From: Adineta vaga
Lineage: Eukaryota; Animalia; Rotifera
Direction of reading: 5' to 3'
NCBI GenBank assembly: GCA_021613535.1
Contig: CP075492.1
Location: 1,364,001 to 1,428,000, forward strand
DNA length: 64,000 nt
Shown: positions 1 through 12,184 of the stretch, piece by piece
How the letters are laid out: every line of letters begins with the position of its first letter
How positions within the stretch are numbered: the stretch's first letter is position 1
Notes under the pieces: model-generated
What the model saw: only the letters and a program-made list of their open reading frames with translations
What the model was told of the DNA's origin: nothing
The model's database searches: none
Made by a program: the position numbers and the translations under genes

Positions 1-2
1 TT

Positions 3-710
3 ACGAACACGCGAAGATTATGCGGTGCAGAAATAAAGTATGTTTTGTTAAACAAGCGAAATGGACAAGAAATAGCGACACTGATTGAGAGAATTTCATC
101 CCTGCAGGTATATACTGTCAAAAACTCATATGTTAATGATGAAGATACAATCGAATCTCCATCTCTGATTTTGCCTGATCGTGTCTTTTCTCAACTGGAA
201 CGGATAGAAGTGTATGCTGATAGCTACATGTATTTTACGGAGCGTTTAGAATCTTTCTTAAAACAATTGTTCTCTCGAACTTCAAATCTGAAGTCCATTG
301 AGATATCAAGCGCAGGCAGTGATGATGACTTTAATGATATTGAGGATGTTTTAAATTGTTTTGAAAAACCTTCGATGTCTATTACGCATTGTGAATTTAT
401 CGTCAAAGCTGATTATGATGAATCTCGTATGAAACAGGTGTTATTTCATTTACCGATGTTAACCTACTTGAAAATAGAGATACTCTATGCTTTTGAAGAC
501 TTTATCGCTACCGTAAACACGTGTCTCATTCATGCAAAGTATTTATTTTATTTGGAACTTCCTATACCATACCAAATTCGCCCTAAAACATATGGTACAA
601 TGAAAGAGAATATTCAATTATGGCTAAAGGAAAATACTCTTTTAGGTGATTCGATAGTTGGAAGAGAGTTTTATGCAGTCATGGATCGTGATATCCAAAT
701 CTGGTTCTGA
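3..710 (+). CDS. 3' part of hypothetical protein (F-box/LRR-like C-terminus), 5'-truncated by window edge
   Basis: Frame is open from nt 3. LxxLxL-like segments (LKSIEIS, LTYLKIEI, LFYLEL) and terminal IQIWF; family assignment tentative. Confidence 0.55.
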   Translation, partial: TNTRRLCGAEIKYVLLNKRNGQEIATLIERISSLQVYTVKNSYVNDEDTIESPSLILPDRVFSQLERIEVYADSYMYFTERLESFLKQLFSRTSNLKSIEISSAGSDDDFNDIEDVLNCFEKPSMSITHCEFIVKADYDESRMKQVLFHLPMLTYLKIEILYAFEDFIATVNTCLIHAKYLFYLELPIPYQIRPKTYGTMKENIQLWLKENTLLGDSIVGREFYAVMDRDIQIWF

Positions 711-881
711 AGAAACTATCGAGATTCTTATGTGAACTAAATTTTTTCCATCTTTCTTTGTTTTCTCGGTGATTTGATATACAACATTACAATTTATTTC
801 TTACAAGCATCAAGTATTTCTAATAAAGTTTTGGACTTATGCTCTGTATCAGCTTATCTGAAAAGGACCTCATTACTACTG

Positions 882-960
882 TAGAGGGTGTAGATGGATA
901 TGGGTGGTTGGGTGAGTGCGTGAGGTGACTATTCATCCAGATACACATCCATATCCTCGA
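882..960. repeat. Telomere-like palindrome (degenerate copy)
   Basis: tagagggtgtag..tgggtggttgggtgagtg / atacacatccatatcctcga. Confidence 0.55.
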
Positions 961-3331
961 TAAAGCGGAAGATGAGCTGTCAAAAGGTTTATAAATAAAT
1001 GATTTTTCGTTTTTTAACAAGGATAAAAAAGAGAGCATGTTTTTCGTTAATTTCACCTAACTGTGTTATGAGTTGTTTCGAGTCAAACTAAATATAAACC
1101 TAGGTTAATTTTATACGAAAACGTTCAGCTCGTCGAGCTCTACAAACCCTGAAAGTTTCAACAAATTATGAAATGTTTGTGTACAAAATGACGTCATATA
1201 TTTTCTTCTCCAGTTGTATAATAATTGGAGGAAAAGTAAAGAACGAGATAAAATAAAAATCTAGATAATTCTTATTGACAGAATAAAAAGACAGAAAAGA
1301 AGAAGAACGTAGATGCATACACATCCGGAATGTGATATATCTTATTATAGTGCTCTCAAACAATCACGCACTGAATTTATTGAAAAATTCCATAACTTGA
1401 TAGAATAAATAGAAACGAGTAGTTTTACAGCTATATATAAACTAAATTTCTTTTCATAGATACATGTTTTTTGCTATTCTTATTATCTTTTGGCTAATAA
1501 AACATTTTTTCTGATATCACTTGCATCTTGTTTATTTCTCACAATAAAAATGTGTCATTGTTCTCCTAGTATTACGAGCGCAACGAACACCTAACGCGTC
1601 GAGACAAAAGCAATTTATTTGTTTTTCTCGTATTGTAAAGTCGTCTATAGAAGTCATACTCATCTTACTAAAACTAGATATACACTACGTGAAATATCTC
1701 ATTATAACTGATCTGATCCTTGCACATGATACTTTGCATCCGAATCTATTCGATAACACTGTAAATATCGACAAAAACATGTCATTCAAAATTTGGCTAT
1801 GAAAGGGTTAACAAGAAAAAAAATTCTTATTTTCACTTATCCATTTGAATAAAACGTACTTGAAAAATAATAAGTAAAATTATTATCTGACTTATACAAG
1901 ATTACGCTCACTGATCGTTTCTGAGCAGAAAAAAAATTGAAACTTGATTTTCTTATCTCATATAGATTTTTGATAATTTTGAGGCAAATAATTATATGAA
2001 TAAATGATATAATATATACATAACTTAATTAGACAAAAGAAATTCTACTTTTTCTTCTTTGAATCCTTTTCAAAACAAGTAATGTTTATGTTTTTTAAGA
2101 ATACTTTTTTTTCTGACAAAAATGATTTCATAAGTAACAATATATTGATATTTATTCTAATTTTCTTCAAAAATTTCAGAGGAGAGAATGATTGTTTCCA
2201 TAAATGAACTGTTCTTTTTCAATATGTGTTCTATTGAATATCTAATTTTTCTTTTCTTCGAGTACTCTTTCATTATTCTCTCGTTCCATTAGACGAATAA
2301 GATCTTCTTTTATAATTATTGTTGTTTTTACTCAAAAAAACGCTAGTCGTTAATATTTTCCTTTCCTTTCCATATTCTGTTACTTCTCATGAACATTTCT
2401 TACACAATCAATGAAGACAAAACTAACGAGTTTAACAGATGACCAATATTAAATGAACATCTGAATATTTCGTAGGTTTTTCGTCTATATTTCTTCATAG
2501 AAAGATTCCTTATCAAATTCTTTTTTTTCTTATATCAAACGATTTCAATTATTTTGTGACATGTCATACAATCGATTTTTTATACTCATTGATAAAAAAA
2601 AACCTGTCTTCTAAGGTTAATTAAGAATATTGAATGCACATGAAAGAGAACTTTTGTATGTTTTTGGTTGCTGTCCTACCTAAAAGCTGTGTTCGTAAAA
2701 CAAATTAATTGTGTCATCTGTCACAAAAGAATCAGAACTATTTGAAATAAAACAAACATATGTCTGTTTTTTGTAGAGAAGTTGACAAGAAATCTTTCTA
2801 TCAGAACAAACTTTTTATTTTTATAATGAAATATAGATGAAAAACCTGTCAGATAATAAGAGGTTCATTTAATTTACTCACGTGTTATTTAATTGGTTTT
2901 CTTTTCAATGTAAAATAAATCCTAATATATTCAAATTGAATTTGCTTAAAACATGATTATTCCTATAAAATAATCATGAATGAAACTCATTTCACTTTTA
3001 ATAGACCATATATACAACCAATCTACTTTTTTCTGATTTATTTATCGATTTAAAACGTTTAGAATAAAAAACCAATTACATATCATATACGACTGATATT
3101 TAATTTAATTTTTTCTTCAGAAGTCTCCCGAAATGACTAGTCATTACGTGTCTTAAAAAGAGCGCATATTAGTTGAGAATAGGATGAAATGAAATGTATA
3201 ATTATAGATGAAATTTTGACGAAAGACAATTATTATTTAACATTATTTTAATTATAAAGAATAATTTAGTCTTTAAAAAAAAACTTTCATTTTTTTCTCT
3301 TAATTCTTTAACAAAAATCGATCAAATTGCA

Positions 3332-4243
3332 ATGAATACTACTGTTAATATTATTATTGATCTAATGACATTAATTTTTACATCAATTGGATTGATAACA
3401 TCAATTTTAATATTTATTCTTATATATTCATATCGTTCTAAACATATATTTAATGTTTCAATGTATCTTAATTGTAATATTTATATATCGATGATTATTA
3501 CATGTTGTTTTTTATTAGATATGTATGGACATAATCTATTTGGTGATATTTATCAAACAATATCATTCAATAATATTTGGTGTTATATACGTTCATATCT
3601 TTTACATGTATCACTTTCATCATTTTATCATTCATTTGTTCTAATGGCAATTTATCGATATATTCGAATAGTTTTATATAAACATAAACGATTACAAACA
3701 TTTCGTTTTATATCGAAATTAATTATTTTTCAAAGAATAATTGATTTTATTTTAATAATTCCAGTTTTAATTCAACATTCAATTGAATATATTTCAGAAT
3801 ATTATTTTTGTGAAATTTTAATTTCAAATCATTTTGCAATGTTATATATAGGTTCAATAACATATGTTATTCCTATTTTTTGTCTTGTATTTATTTATAG
3901 TTATATTATTGATTATATGAAAAAACATAAAAGTCAATCGATTATACAAAATCGTCAACGAACAATTCAACGAGATTTTAATGTTCTTCGTCGAATTATT
4001 ATTTTAATTGGAATAATGATTAGTTTATGTTTTCCAACTGTTATTCTTTGGATTATTTTTCTAATAACTAATTATCTTGATCCGATTAGTTATCAAGTTG
4101 GATGGCCATTACTTGCTTTAGCATTATCGATTTTACCAATCGGATTCGCTTTATTAACACCTCAATTATGTCTTTTATTAAAGACTTTCCATCATAAACA
4201 AAACCATCATATTCAGCCTTTAAAAACAAATATAATTCATTAG
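3332..4243 (+). CDS. Intronless orphan class-A (rhodopsin-like) GPCR
   Basis: 303 aa with about 7 hydrophobic helices, WC before TM3, AIYRY at the DRY position, ECL2 Cys, YVIP in TM5 and CFP in TM6. Confidence 0.85.
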   Translation: MNTTVNIIIDLMTLIFTSIGLITSILIFILIYSYRSKHIFNVSMYLNCNIYISMIITCCFLLDMYGHNLFGDIYQTISFNNIWCYIRSYLLHVSLSSFYHSFVLMAIYRYIRIVLYKHKRLQTFRFISKLIIFQRIIDFILIIPVLIQHSIEYISEYYFCEILISNHFAMLYIGSITYVIPIFCLVFIYSYIIDYMKKHKSQSIIQNRQRTIQRDFNVLRRIIILIGIMISLCFPTVILWIIFLITNYLDPISYQVGWPLLALALSILPIGFALLTPQLCLLLKTFHHKQNHHIQPLKTNIIH

Positions 4244-4314
4244 GAATAAATATTCACCTGGCTAAAACTGATGTCATTCAGTATTTTCAATATATTAGCA
4301 CTAAAAATTAATAT

Positions 4315-4359
4315 CAGGGTGTGGGTGGGTGGGGTTGAAAGAGTCACCCACTCCCTCAA
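4315..4359. repeat. Telomere-like palindrome
   Basis: cagggtgtgggtgggtgggg-ttgaaagagt-cacccactccctcaa. Confidence 0.7.
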
Positions 4360-4546
4360 CTAATGATTCCTTGAGCCGTGATGAAATCTGGATCTGGGCA
4401 TGACAGAATCACTCTCATTTGTGAATAAAAAAGAAACATGCTACGATACGGTTTCCATACGCCTATCTACATTGAATTTTAGTCGGTCAAGATTGAATCA
4501 TGTTTTTGTTTGAAGTTTAGTTAATAAGTACTTGCACAAAAGATTT

Positions 4547-5192
4547 TCAAAAGTTAAAGAAAATTTGTTCCTTTTTAAATGTTTGTAAACTAAGCCATAA
4601 TTCTCTACTGTCCTTAAACATAATCATATCTTTTTCAACATTTATTCTTGTTCTTGAACCTTGGCTGAAGCAATATGTTGTTCTTATTTGCGAACCGGTA
4701 AATTTTAATTTAATAACTCCACATTCTTTAGCTTTCTCGGAATAAATTATAATCGTTTCACTTTTGTTTATCGATAAGTGTTCTTCACTAATCTCGGTGT
4801 TCAACAATGTTGATAAGGTATTTGTTAAAGCTGTCATATTTACATATCCAGCTTGATATGAGGCACAGAATTTCACTATATTTTCCACGTATTTGCCCAG
4901 ATCAATAAGGTTCCAAATTGCTTTTTCAAACAAACGTTTATCACTGTCAAAATAAGATTTTAAAGGACTATTTTTGAACAGGTCCATATGTGCTCCAATT
5001 TTTCTAAGTAAATGATAGCATTCCGAGTCAGATAATTTTTCATCAGCAATGTCATAACGATAGTCATCATGACTTTCTAAAACTTTCACGATCTCGGATG
5101 CTAATTTGTCAGTAGCGCAGATAGTACCAGCTGCGATACCTTTGAATCTTGGAATTGAAACTTCCGATCCAATAGAGGTTAATACTACACCC
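4547..5192 (-). CDS. Hypothetical protein, last exon; upstream exons (about 5320-5570) unresolved
   Basis: ORF 4547-5089 stays open upstream (GVVLTSIGSEVSIPRFKG...) to a tttttag acceptor near 5193; no recognisable domain. Confidence 0.5.
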
Positions 5193-5975
5193 CTAAAAAG
5201 AGATAAATGACGTAGAGAATGTTGGCGAGATGATACTATAGCTGTAAATCATTCTTTTAGAAATCTGCTTCAGAAGCAAAGTTCGAGTTTTTCCCTTCGA
5301 CTGTAATATTACAACCTTACCATTAAAGTTGGTAATGATATAGTTCGCATCGATTTAGAAAAAAAAGCGACAAAACACATGATACTCTTTTAACTGAAAC
5401 AAAAAGATAGAAAATTGAGTTTATGCAACAAACCCGATGCATGTGACCGGCGGGCTCGTAATACCAAAACTCGGTATTATTCCTGTCCAAGCTGCAGTGG
5501 TTTGTACTTTGTAGTATTCATTCGATCTAGATCCGAACCGAATTCTACCATTGTCATCAAACATCAATGAAGCCATTATGTCAGCAAATGAAAACAACAG
5601 AGATCGTTTCAATAAATAAATGCTATTCTAAAGATGAATGCAGTGAATTTATAAACTCTCAACAAGTGTTTATGACAGTTGTATCGGTTTGCAACGAAAT
5701 GCAAATATTTGCGTACTTTTTCTTTCAAAAAAAGGTTTATAAAAGCGTCGAACATGTTAATAAACTGATTTCGCTGTCATAAATACTGTTTGAAAGTTTA
5801 TTATCTGCCGTAATTTTTTTATTTAACTTGGTTTCTACCAATACAGAAGATAAAAAAATCTCAATAAATTCTTTTTGATGTCAATATTGACATTTAGGGA
5901 AGGGAAAGGATATGTCTTACTTTGTGTAAAATCCAATTCTTTCATGAAATTGTAAATGATATAACGGTTGTCAAT

Positions 5976-6114
5976 CAAGGGGGAAAGCGGATTTTTCTAG
6001 ATTTTAATCAGAAATAACCCCAGAAGAAATCCGAAATTCCTAAAGAATCTGTCACAATATTCCAAAATCCCAGAATCCAGAAAAATCTGAACAATCCGGA
6101 CGAATCCAAAAATT
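5976..6114 (+). mobile_element. Left end of a small TIR element (same terminus as 31803-31910), truncated
   Basis: caagggggaaagcggattt matches caaagggaaaaaagcggatt at 31804, followed by AATCC-rich subterminal repeats. Confidence 0.5.
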
Positions 6115-6222
6115 CTTTGGGGGAGGGGGCGAGGTGTGTGTGTGAGTGTGTATGTGAGTGTGCGTGGGTATAGATACGTAAAGAGAAGATGGATCTACAC
6201 CCACACCCACACCACCCTCAAG
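6115..6222. repeat. Telomere-like palindrome
   Basis: G/GT-rich arm, spacer, then cacccacacccacaccaccctcaag. Confidence 0.75.
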
Positions 6223-7221
6223 ATTAATAACATCCATTCTCATTTGATAATAATCAGGTATTGTTGACTAATACAGACGGATTTGAGAATATGTATTGAA
6301 CAATGTTTTTCCTAAAAACATAATATTCTGAACGATTTTGGGAGTTTAGTTGTTTCTAGAAAATAAAAGCAAAACAGTTTTCGATTCACTTCGTAAACTG
6401 ACCATTGATAAAGTTTCAATAAGAAAGGATTGTTTTGATAAAATGGAGTAGGTTGAAAATAATCTGTACTAAACGTATGGATATGAGAGGATCAATTACC
6501 TGTTTAAGTTTTTGCAGAAAAAGAGAAAAAATACGTTAAGAAAATATTTTCTGAGAAAAAGAGGAAGTGGGCAGTCGCATGTATCCCATTTGAACAAATA
6601 AACAAGTTTGATGAGACAATCTAATTAGACTATAATTCTTTTTTCTTCTATATTTTTCTTTTGGATGTTTTCTCTTCTCTTACTTCGGCAGTTATATAGG
6701 CGAGATTTTTCTATCACACCGTTTTATTGGATGAAATCTAATAAAACACCAAAAACAAGAATAGACTAACATAACACATGTTTATCATATTCAAATCTGT
6801 CAACAATAACAACAAAGCTATTTTCATTATATAAACGGAATGCTTTCTTCTTTTCCATTATTTCTTTATACTATAGTTTTGTTGATTTCAATTTTTAACA
6901 AGTTTTAATCAAAAGTATCTTGACCTTTGCTGTTACTCGTGCTTGTAGTATTTGAAAGTACAAAAGTGCCGTATTACCTCATTTTTTATCTTCCTTCGAA
7001 AATAATATGTCCGCGTATTGAAAAGAAAACGGGAGAAAAAGAAAAAAAAACGTTTCTGTTTCTATCATAACATAATAACTGTCACCATGCGCACATGGCA
7101 GAAGTCAAATCTATCTTTCCTTTTTTTTCCTCTCTTTATAAACATCAGACATTCTAAATAGAACACAATTTTCTTTAGTATAACCCTTCTTCTCCTCTTA
7201 CAAAATAGGTGCGTCGCTTAA

Positions 7222-8115
7222 ATGATAATGTCCTTTCTCTACAATATATTTACTTTAATTGGATTTATTGTTTTTATTCGAATATTTCTTCGTATAATTT
7301 TAACGATACGAATGTATAATCGACAATCGTCATTAATGAAATATTATTCAAATAATAGTTGGGCTTTAGTTACAGGTGCATCAGATGGAATTGGTAAAGC
7401 GATTGCTTTTGAACTTTCTTCTCGTGGTTTTAAAGTTATTCTTCATGGACGTAATCGTGAAAAATTAGAAATGGTAGCAAAAGAAATGAAAAGAGAAACA
7501 CATATTTTTGTTATGGATGGATCAAAATTTTGTCAAAATGATATTGAAAGAATAAAACAAGAAATTGGTTCATTAGAAATTAGTATTTTAATCAATAATG
7601 TATCTATTGCAAATGATTTTCTATCACTTGATGAACTTTCATTTGAAAATATTGATTCAATTCTTCGATTAAATATTTTATTTGTTACATATTTAACTCA
7701 AATTATTTTATCTTCTCTTAAACGTCAAACAAATTCTTTAATTATTAATATTGGTTCTTATGCTGGAATTTATCCACCAGGTCTTCTTTCTGTTTATTCA
7801 AGTAGTAAATCTTATCAACATAGTTTATCTGAATCTCTTCGTCGAGAATCATCATCATCAGGAATACAAGTTGAACTTCATTTAGCTGGTTCAGTTGTTT
7901 CATCAAGTAATCGTGCACAACAATCATTTATGCGACCTACTTCAGCTATATTTGCAAAAGCTGTTTGTGATCATGTTGGTGCAAAGAATATTATTGCTCC
8001 TTATTGGCCACATTTGATTCTTATTTGGATATTTAGTATAATACCAACTACTTGGATTGATTTTATTTCTAAAAAGACTTTAGGAAATATCAAAGAGAAA
8101 ACAAAACATGATTAA
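7222..8115 (+). CDS. Short-chain dehydrogenase/reductase, 17-beta-HSD / very-long-chain 3-ketoacyl-CoA reductase-like
   Basis: N-terminal TM helix, WALVTGASDGIG (TGxxxGxG), ILINNV, catalytic YSSSK, C-terminal PYWPH. Confidence 0.9.
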   Translation: MIMSFLYNIFTLIGFIVFIRIFLRIILTIRMYNRQSSLMKYYSNNSWALVTGASDGIGKAIAFELSSRGFKVILHGRNREKLEMVAKEMKRETHIFVMDGSKFCQNDIERIKQEIGSLEISILINNVSIANDFLSLDELSFENIDSILRLNILFVTYLTQIILSSLKRQTNSLIINIGSYAGIYPPGLLSVYSSSKSYQHSLSESLRRESSSSGIQVELHLAGSVVSSSNRAQQSFMRPTSAIFAKAVCDHVGAKNIIAPYWPHLILIWIFSIIPTTWIDFISKKTLGNIKEKTKHD

Positions 8116-8941
8116 TTAAGAAAAAATAAATTGACAACAAAACGGTGAATAGATTTGATGAAGGAACATAAATATTAAGTATGATTCGACAGTATTCTGT
8201 TGAAATGTATGATTTTTTCATACTTTAGTAAAGAATTGAGAAAAATTGAATTAACAATAACATTTTGGTAAACTTTTTCCTTATTATTTTGTAATTGATT
8301 ATATACAATATGAAGAAAGAGAAAGAATTATAAACTATTCAGATCTGTTTTATCTCCTTACAAAACCACAAGAATACGATAGATCATTTTAATTGATATA
8401 ATATATGAAGACTTTATTTTTTATATCTATTTCATGATCAAAAGTTTTATTATTGTGGAGAAAAAGTGTCGACAGATAGGATTGTATTTCTTCTTTAAAA
8501 TGCTTTTATCATTATTTTGAAATAAACAAACATAACAATTGATATTAGATATGAAATGATTAGAATATGTAAATATCTTACGAGTGTAGATACAATGGAT
8601 ATTCAGTTCAGAGTTTCTTTTTTATCTGAAATTATATAATGAAATCTATTTAAATGACAATATCATGTTCAAAACTTTATTTGAAAAAGTAACATTATCG
8701 ATGATATTATCTCATTAAGTTCATTTCTATAACATTTAAATGAAAGAGTTTATAGAGAATGATGCTATCAATTAGTATCCGAATTCAATTAGAATTATTT
8801 TAAGATATGCATGTTTTTTAACTTCAGTATTCGTCTGAGTAATTTCATTTATTTTGCACGAACAAACAACATTTATTAAATATATAATTTATTCCAAAGG
8901 ACAAAAGAAACAACAATAAAATGAAGTTATTCAGTTCAAAT

Positions 8942-9904
8942 TTAGATATTTTGTGTTGATCTTTGATTATGAATTCGAATATATTTAAACATTTTCTTTA
9001 GTTCTTCTCGATAGATTTTTCCTGTAAGAACATAAAGAAAAAATGAAATAAAATAACCACCTTGTTGCCAAATAATTGTTAAACTTCGAATTGTTGAATA
9101 ATAAGAAGTATTCATTGATGATACAAATGTAATTAAGATATAAGTTATACCAGATGGTGTAAAAAAAAGAAGATATACAGCTACTTGAATGATTAACATA
9201 CGAGCTAATTGACCTTCTGTACGACGATGAATATATATTTGATTTATTGATATTATACGATGTTTTTGATTTCGAATATTATAAATTGTTAATATACCAA
9301 ATATACTTAAAATAATTCGTATTAAAAAATAATAGAAAATAACTCGAGTCATTAAATAAACAGCTATTAATGTTGTCGAATATTGAGTACATTTTTTACT
9401 ATTCGGATAATTCGGATCATAATAATATATAACAAAAAATGGACTCATATAGATTGAAGATAAAATCCATACAATTATAATCATTTTTCGTGCAACACGC
9501 ACGTGACTCAAATGACGTAAGATAACTGATGTTGAACTTGAAAAAAATCGATCAATTGAAGCACATACTAACATTAATCCATACCATAATGATGTTGCAT
9601 AGGCTAAATATGAAACTAGTTTGCATGAAATCGGTGTACCATTGATATAGAATCCATAACCATTTGCAAGTATTGCATTTACAGGTGAAACAACTAGATA
9701 CATTAAGACAGGTGGAACAGAAGCAAGAAAATAATAAGTACATGAAGATGATCGAAGAGCTCGACGACAAAGTACACTAACATTTATTATACTTGTAATT
9801 ATTATAAGTGTCATTGTGACAGAATAACTGTAAATAGTAGGTTGTTTGGCTGCCTGAACGAAATCATATCCAATAGATGGTGATGATGATGTTGTATTAT
9901 TCAT
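8942..9904 (-). CDS. Intronless orphan class-A GPCR
   Basis: 320 aa, 7 TM, ASIDRF (DRY-like), SFFLYVLTGKIYREEL (TM7/helix 8). Confidence 0.88.
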   Translation of the reverse strand: MNNTTSSSPSIGYDFVQAAKQPTIYSYSVTMTLIIITSIINVSVLCRRALRSSSCTYYFLASVPPVLMYLVVSPVNAILANGYGFYINGTPISCKLVSYLAYATSLWYGLMLVCASIDRFFSSSTSVILRHLSHVRVARKMIIIVWILSSIYMSPFFVIYYYDPNYPNSKKCTQYSTTLIAVYLMTRVIFYYFLIRIILSIFGILTIYNIRNQKHRIISINQIYIHRRTEGQLARMLIIQVAVYLLFFTPSGITYILITFVSSMNTSYYSTIRSLTIIWQQGGYFISFFLYVLTGKIYREELKKMFKYIRIHNQRSTQNI

Positions 9905-10137
9905 TGAATTTTAGTGTTGATATGCCTATTACGTCAATACGTTTAAATTTTATAAATGATATATATATCCATTAAGTATGTCTTTTATAATGATAATTCT
10001 TAGCATAAGAAAACATTTCAAGCTGAAATTAAATTAATAAAAGTGTTGGATAAAGAATACGCTCCAAAGAATTTTCATTTACGGTCATGAGAAAAATAGA
10101 GAAAGAACTACATTTTGAAGATGTGGATCAGTACTAT

Positions 10138-10184
10138 AGTGTGGGTGTACATCTCTTGTATTCACACTCATCTACACCTACTCT
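10138..10184. repeat. Telomere-like palindrome
   Basis: agtgtgggtgta-catctcttgtatt-cacactcatctacacctactct. Confidence 0.6.
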
Positions 10185-10360
10185 ACTATATTTACATTTT
10201 GATGATACTGAAAGACATGTATTTCGATAAATATATATATTTCTTGTTTAAAAAGATAATCATTTACATACAATTATAACAACAATATAACACAAATATT
10301 AAATGATAAATACAACATTCAATAAAACCTTTCTTTTTGTTCTTTGTATAATAAAAAATG

Positions 10361-11323
10361 TTAATTACATAAAAAAGAATTTTTTACTTCACTTCGAAAT
10401 GTTTTTGATACAAATAATTTTGTATAAAATCCAATACAACATGGAATATAATTACTAAACGTTGCAACAGCTGTAATAAAGGTTATAATTTGACTTTCAT
10501 ATAGACTAACTGAACGATATTGTACAATTTGTTGATAAAGAAGAATAATTACTAATAATAAATTAAAAATCATATAAACAACAACATCTAATAATAAAAT
10601 TCGAATAAGTAATTGATCTTTTGAACGTGGTGTATTTAAAATAACTTGTGTTGATACTCCTGTTCCTTGTATAGATGGTAAAATATGTACTTGTCGGATA
10701 TTTCGAATATTTTTTATTGTTAATAAACCAAAAATAATCATCAATGTTAATGTTAAAACTATTCTGATTATTAAATAATAAGTTATAAATGTTAAATATG
10801 ATCCTGATGGAAAATAACAAGCAAAATACATTGGATAAAGTTGAATTATATCAGGTAAAATAAGAGCATGAATATGAAATATTAACCAAAATATTGATAT
10901 TATAATAATACTTATATAAGCAAGATGAGATGTACTACGTTGTCTTGTTAAAGCATTTTTTGATGTAAGAAACATTCGATCAATTGATGCCATAATTAAA
11001 AAATATGAACTTAAATTATCCGAAACAAATGTTAGATAAAGACTTAAACGACAAAAAGTAAGATTGGATATAGTAAGATCATTATTATAACCAACTGAAA
11101 GTGTTGTTTCGAAGATTGACATGTAAATTGTGAAAAAATTTGCAATATTTGATCCAATTAAATAAATTCCACATGGATTTTTTCTTAGCGCTTTTTTACT
11201 GAAAACAAATAAACTGAGAATACAACTGATTGTACCTGCACATAAAAGAAATATTCCACCATATTTAAATAGACCTATTCGTACTGTTGATAGAGTTGCA
11301 AAGAAAATAGCATCTGAAGACAT
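10361..11323 (-). CDS. Intronless orphan class-A GPCR, tandem with 8942-9904
   Basis: LRKNPCGIYL, FCRL, ASIDRM, FY..VSKTFRSEV. ATG (MSSD) at 11323. Confidence 0.88.
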   Translation of the reverse strand: MSSDAIFFATLSTVRIGLFKYGGIFLLCAGTISCILSLFVFSKKALRKNPCGIYLIGSNIANFFTIYMSIFETTLSVGYNNDLTISNLTFCRLSLYLTFVSDNLSSYFLIMASIDRMFLTSKNALTRQRSTSHLAYISIIIISIFWLIFHIHALILPDIIQLYPMYFACYFPSGSYLTFITYYLIIRIVLTLTLMIIFGLLTIKNIRNIRQVHILPSIQGTGVSTQVILNTPRSKDQLLIRILLLDVVVYMIFNLLLVIILLYQQIVQYRSVSLYESQIITFITAVATFSNYIPCCIGFYTKLFVSKTFRSEVKNSFLCN

Positions 11324-11745
11324 GATCAATTGATCTATATGATAATAAGATAAAGTAAATAGAATAAGGTGAGAATTTTTTTCGATCTTTATTATATAGT
11401 TGTCTGATATGTATGTTGTTTAGTAGAAAATCTCATAATTGCTTTTTTTTTTTAATTTAAAAGTGTGACAAAAAGATCAAATAAAATGAATCGGATTATT
11501 ATTCTTTAAATATCCAATAAAGTATGTGTTCTATCTTATTCTAATGATTTTCTTTAAAATAATTAGTATTTAAGATTTAATTCAAAGTAATTATCTTTTT
11601 CGTAAAATATATTATCAAATGAAAGAGAATATATCAGTAAGTGACTATATGAAATGAATAAAATATTTATTCACAGAAAATATATGTTCAATTGAAAAGA
11701 ATATCTACACGAATAGTCATTTTATATCGTATGATAAATTCTTCT

Positions 11746-11804
11746 CTTGAGGGTTTGAGTGTAGATGTTAGATAGATTTAGTATCTGCACACACACCCTC
11801 AAAG
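11746..11804. repeat. Telomere-like palindrome
   Basis: cttgagggtttgagtgtag...gcacacacaccctcaaag. Confidence 0.75.
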
Positions 11805-11908
11805 AGTTTAAAAGAGTACACATGAATTTATAGCAATTCTTGTGTCTTCTTGGAAGAACGACAGTGTTTACACAGGCAGGTAAACTCATTTCACAGCAAC
11901 CATAGAAT

Positions 11909-11956
11909 CTTGAGGATGTGGATGTGGATGTTCTTTCTTCTCTCATCCATACCCTC
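11909..11956. repeat. Telomere-like palindrome
   Basis: cttgaggatgtggatgtggatg-ttctttcttctct-catccataccctc. Confidence 0.65.
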
Positions 11957-12184
11957 TTTTACTGTACTAAAAGGTAGAAGATTTATGTTTTTATTGAAAG
12001 AGTAAAAAGTAGCAAGAGAATTGATTTGCGTTTATAATTAAGAAAAGCAAATTTAATAGAAAAGAAGGATTTAGTTCAAGAATAAAATAATCTTTTTGAA
12101 TTTTGATCATATTGAAGTTAATTTAGAATTTATTTCAATGATAATTGCCTTGTGAAAATAAATTGGAATTTTTGTCGATATCTT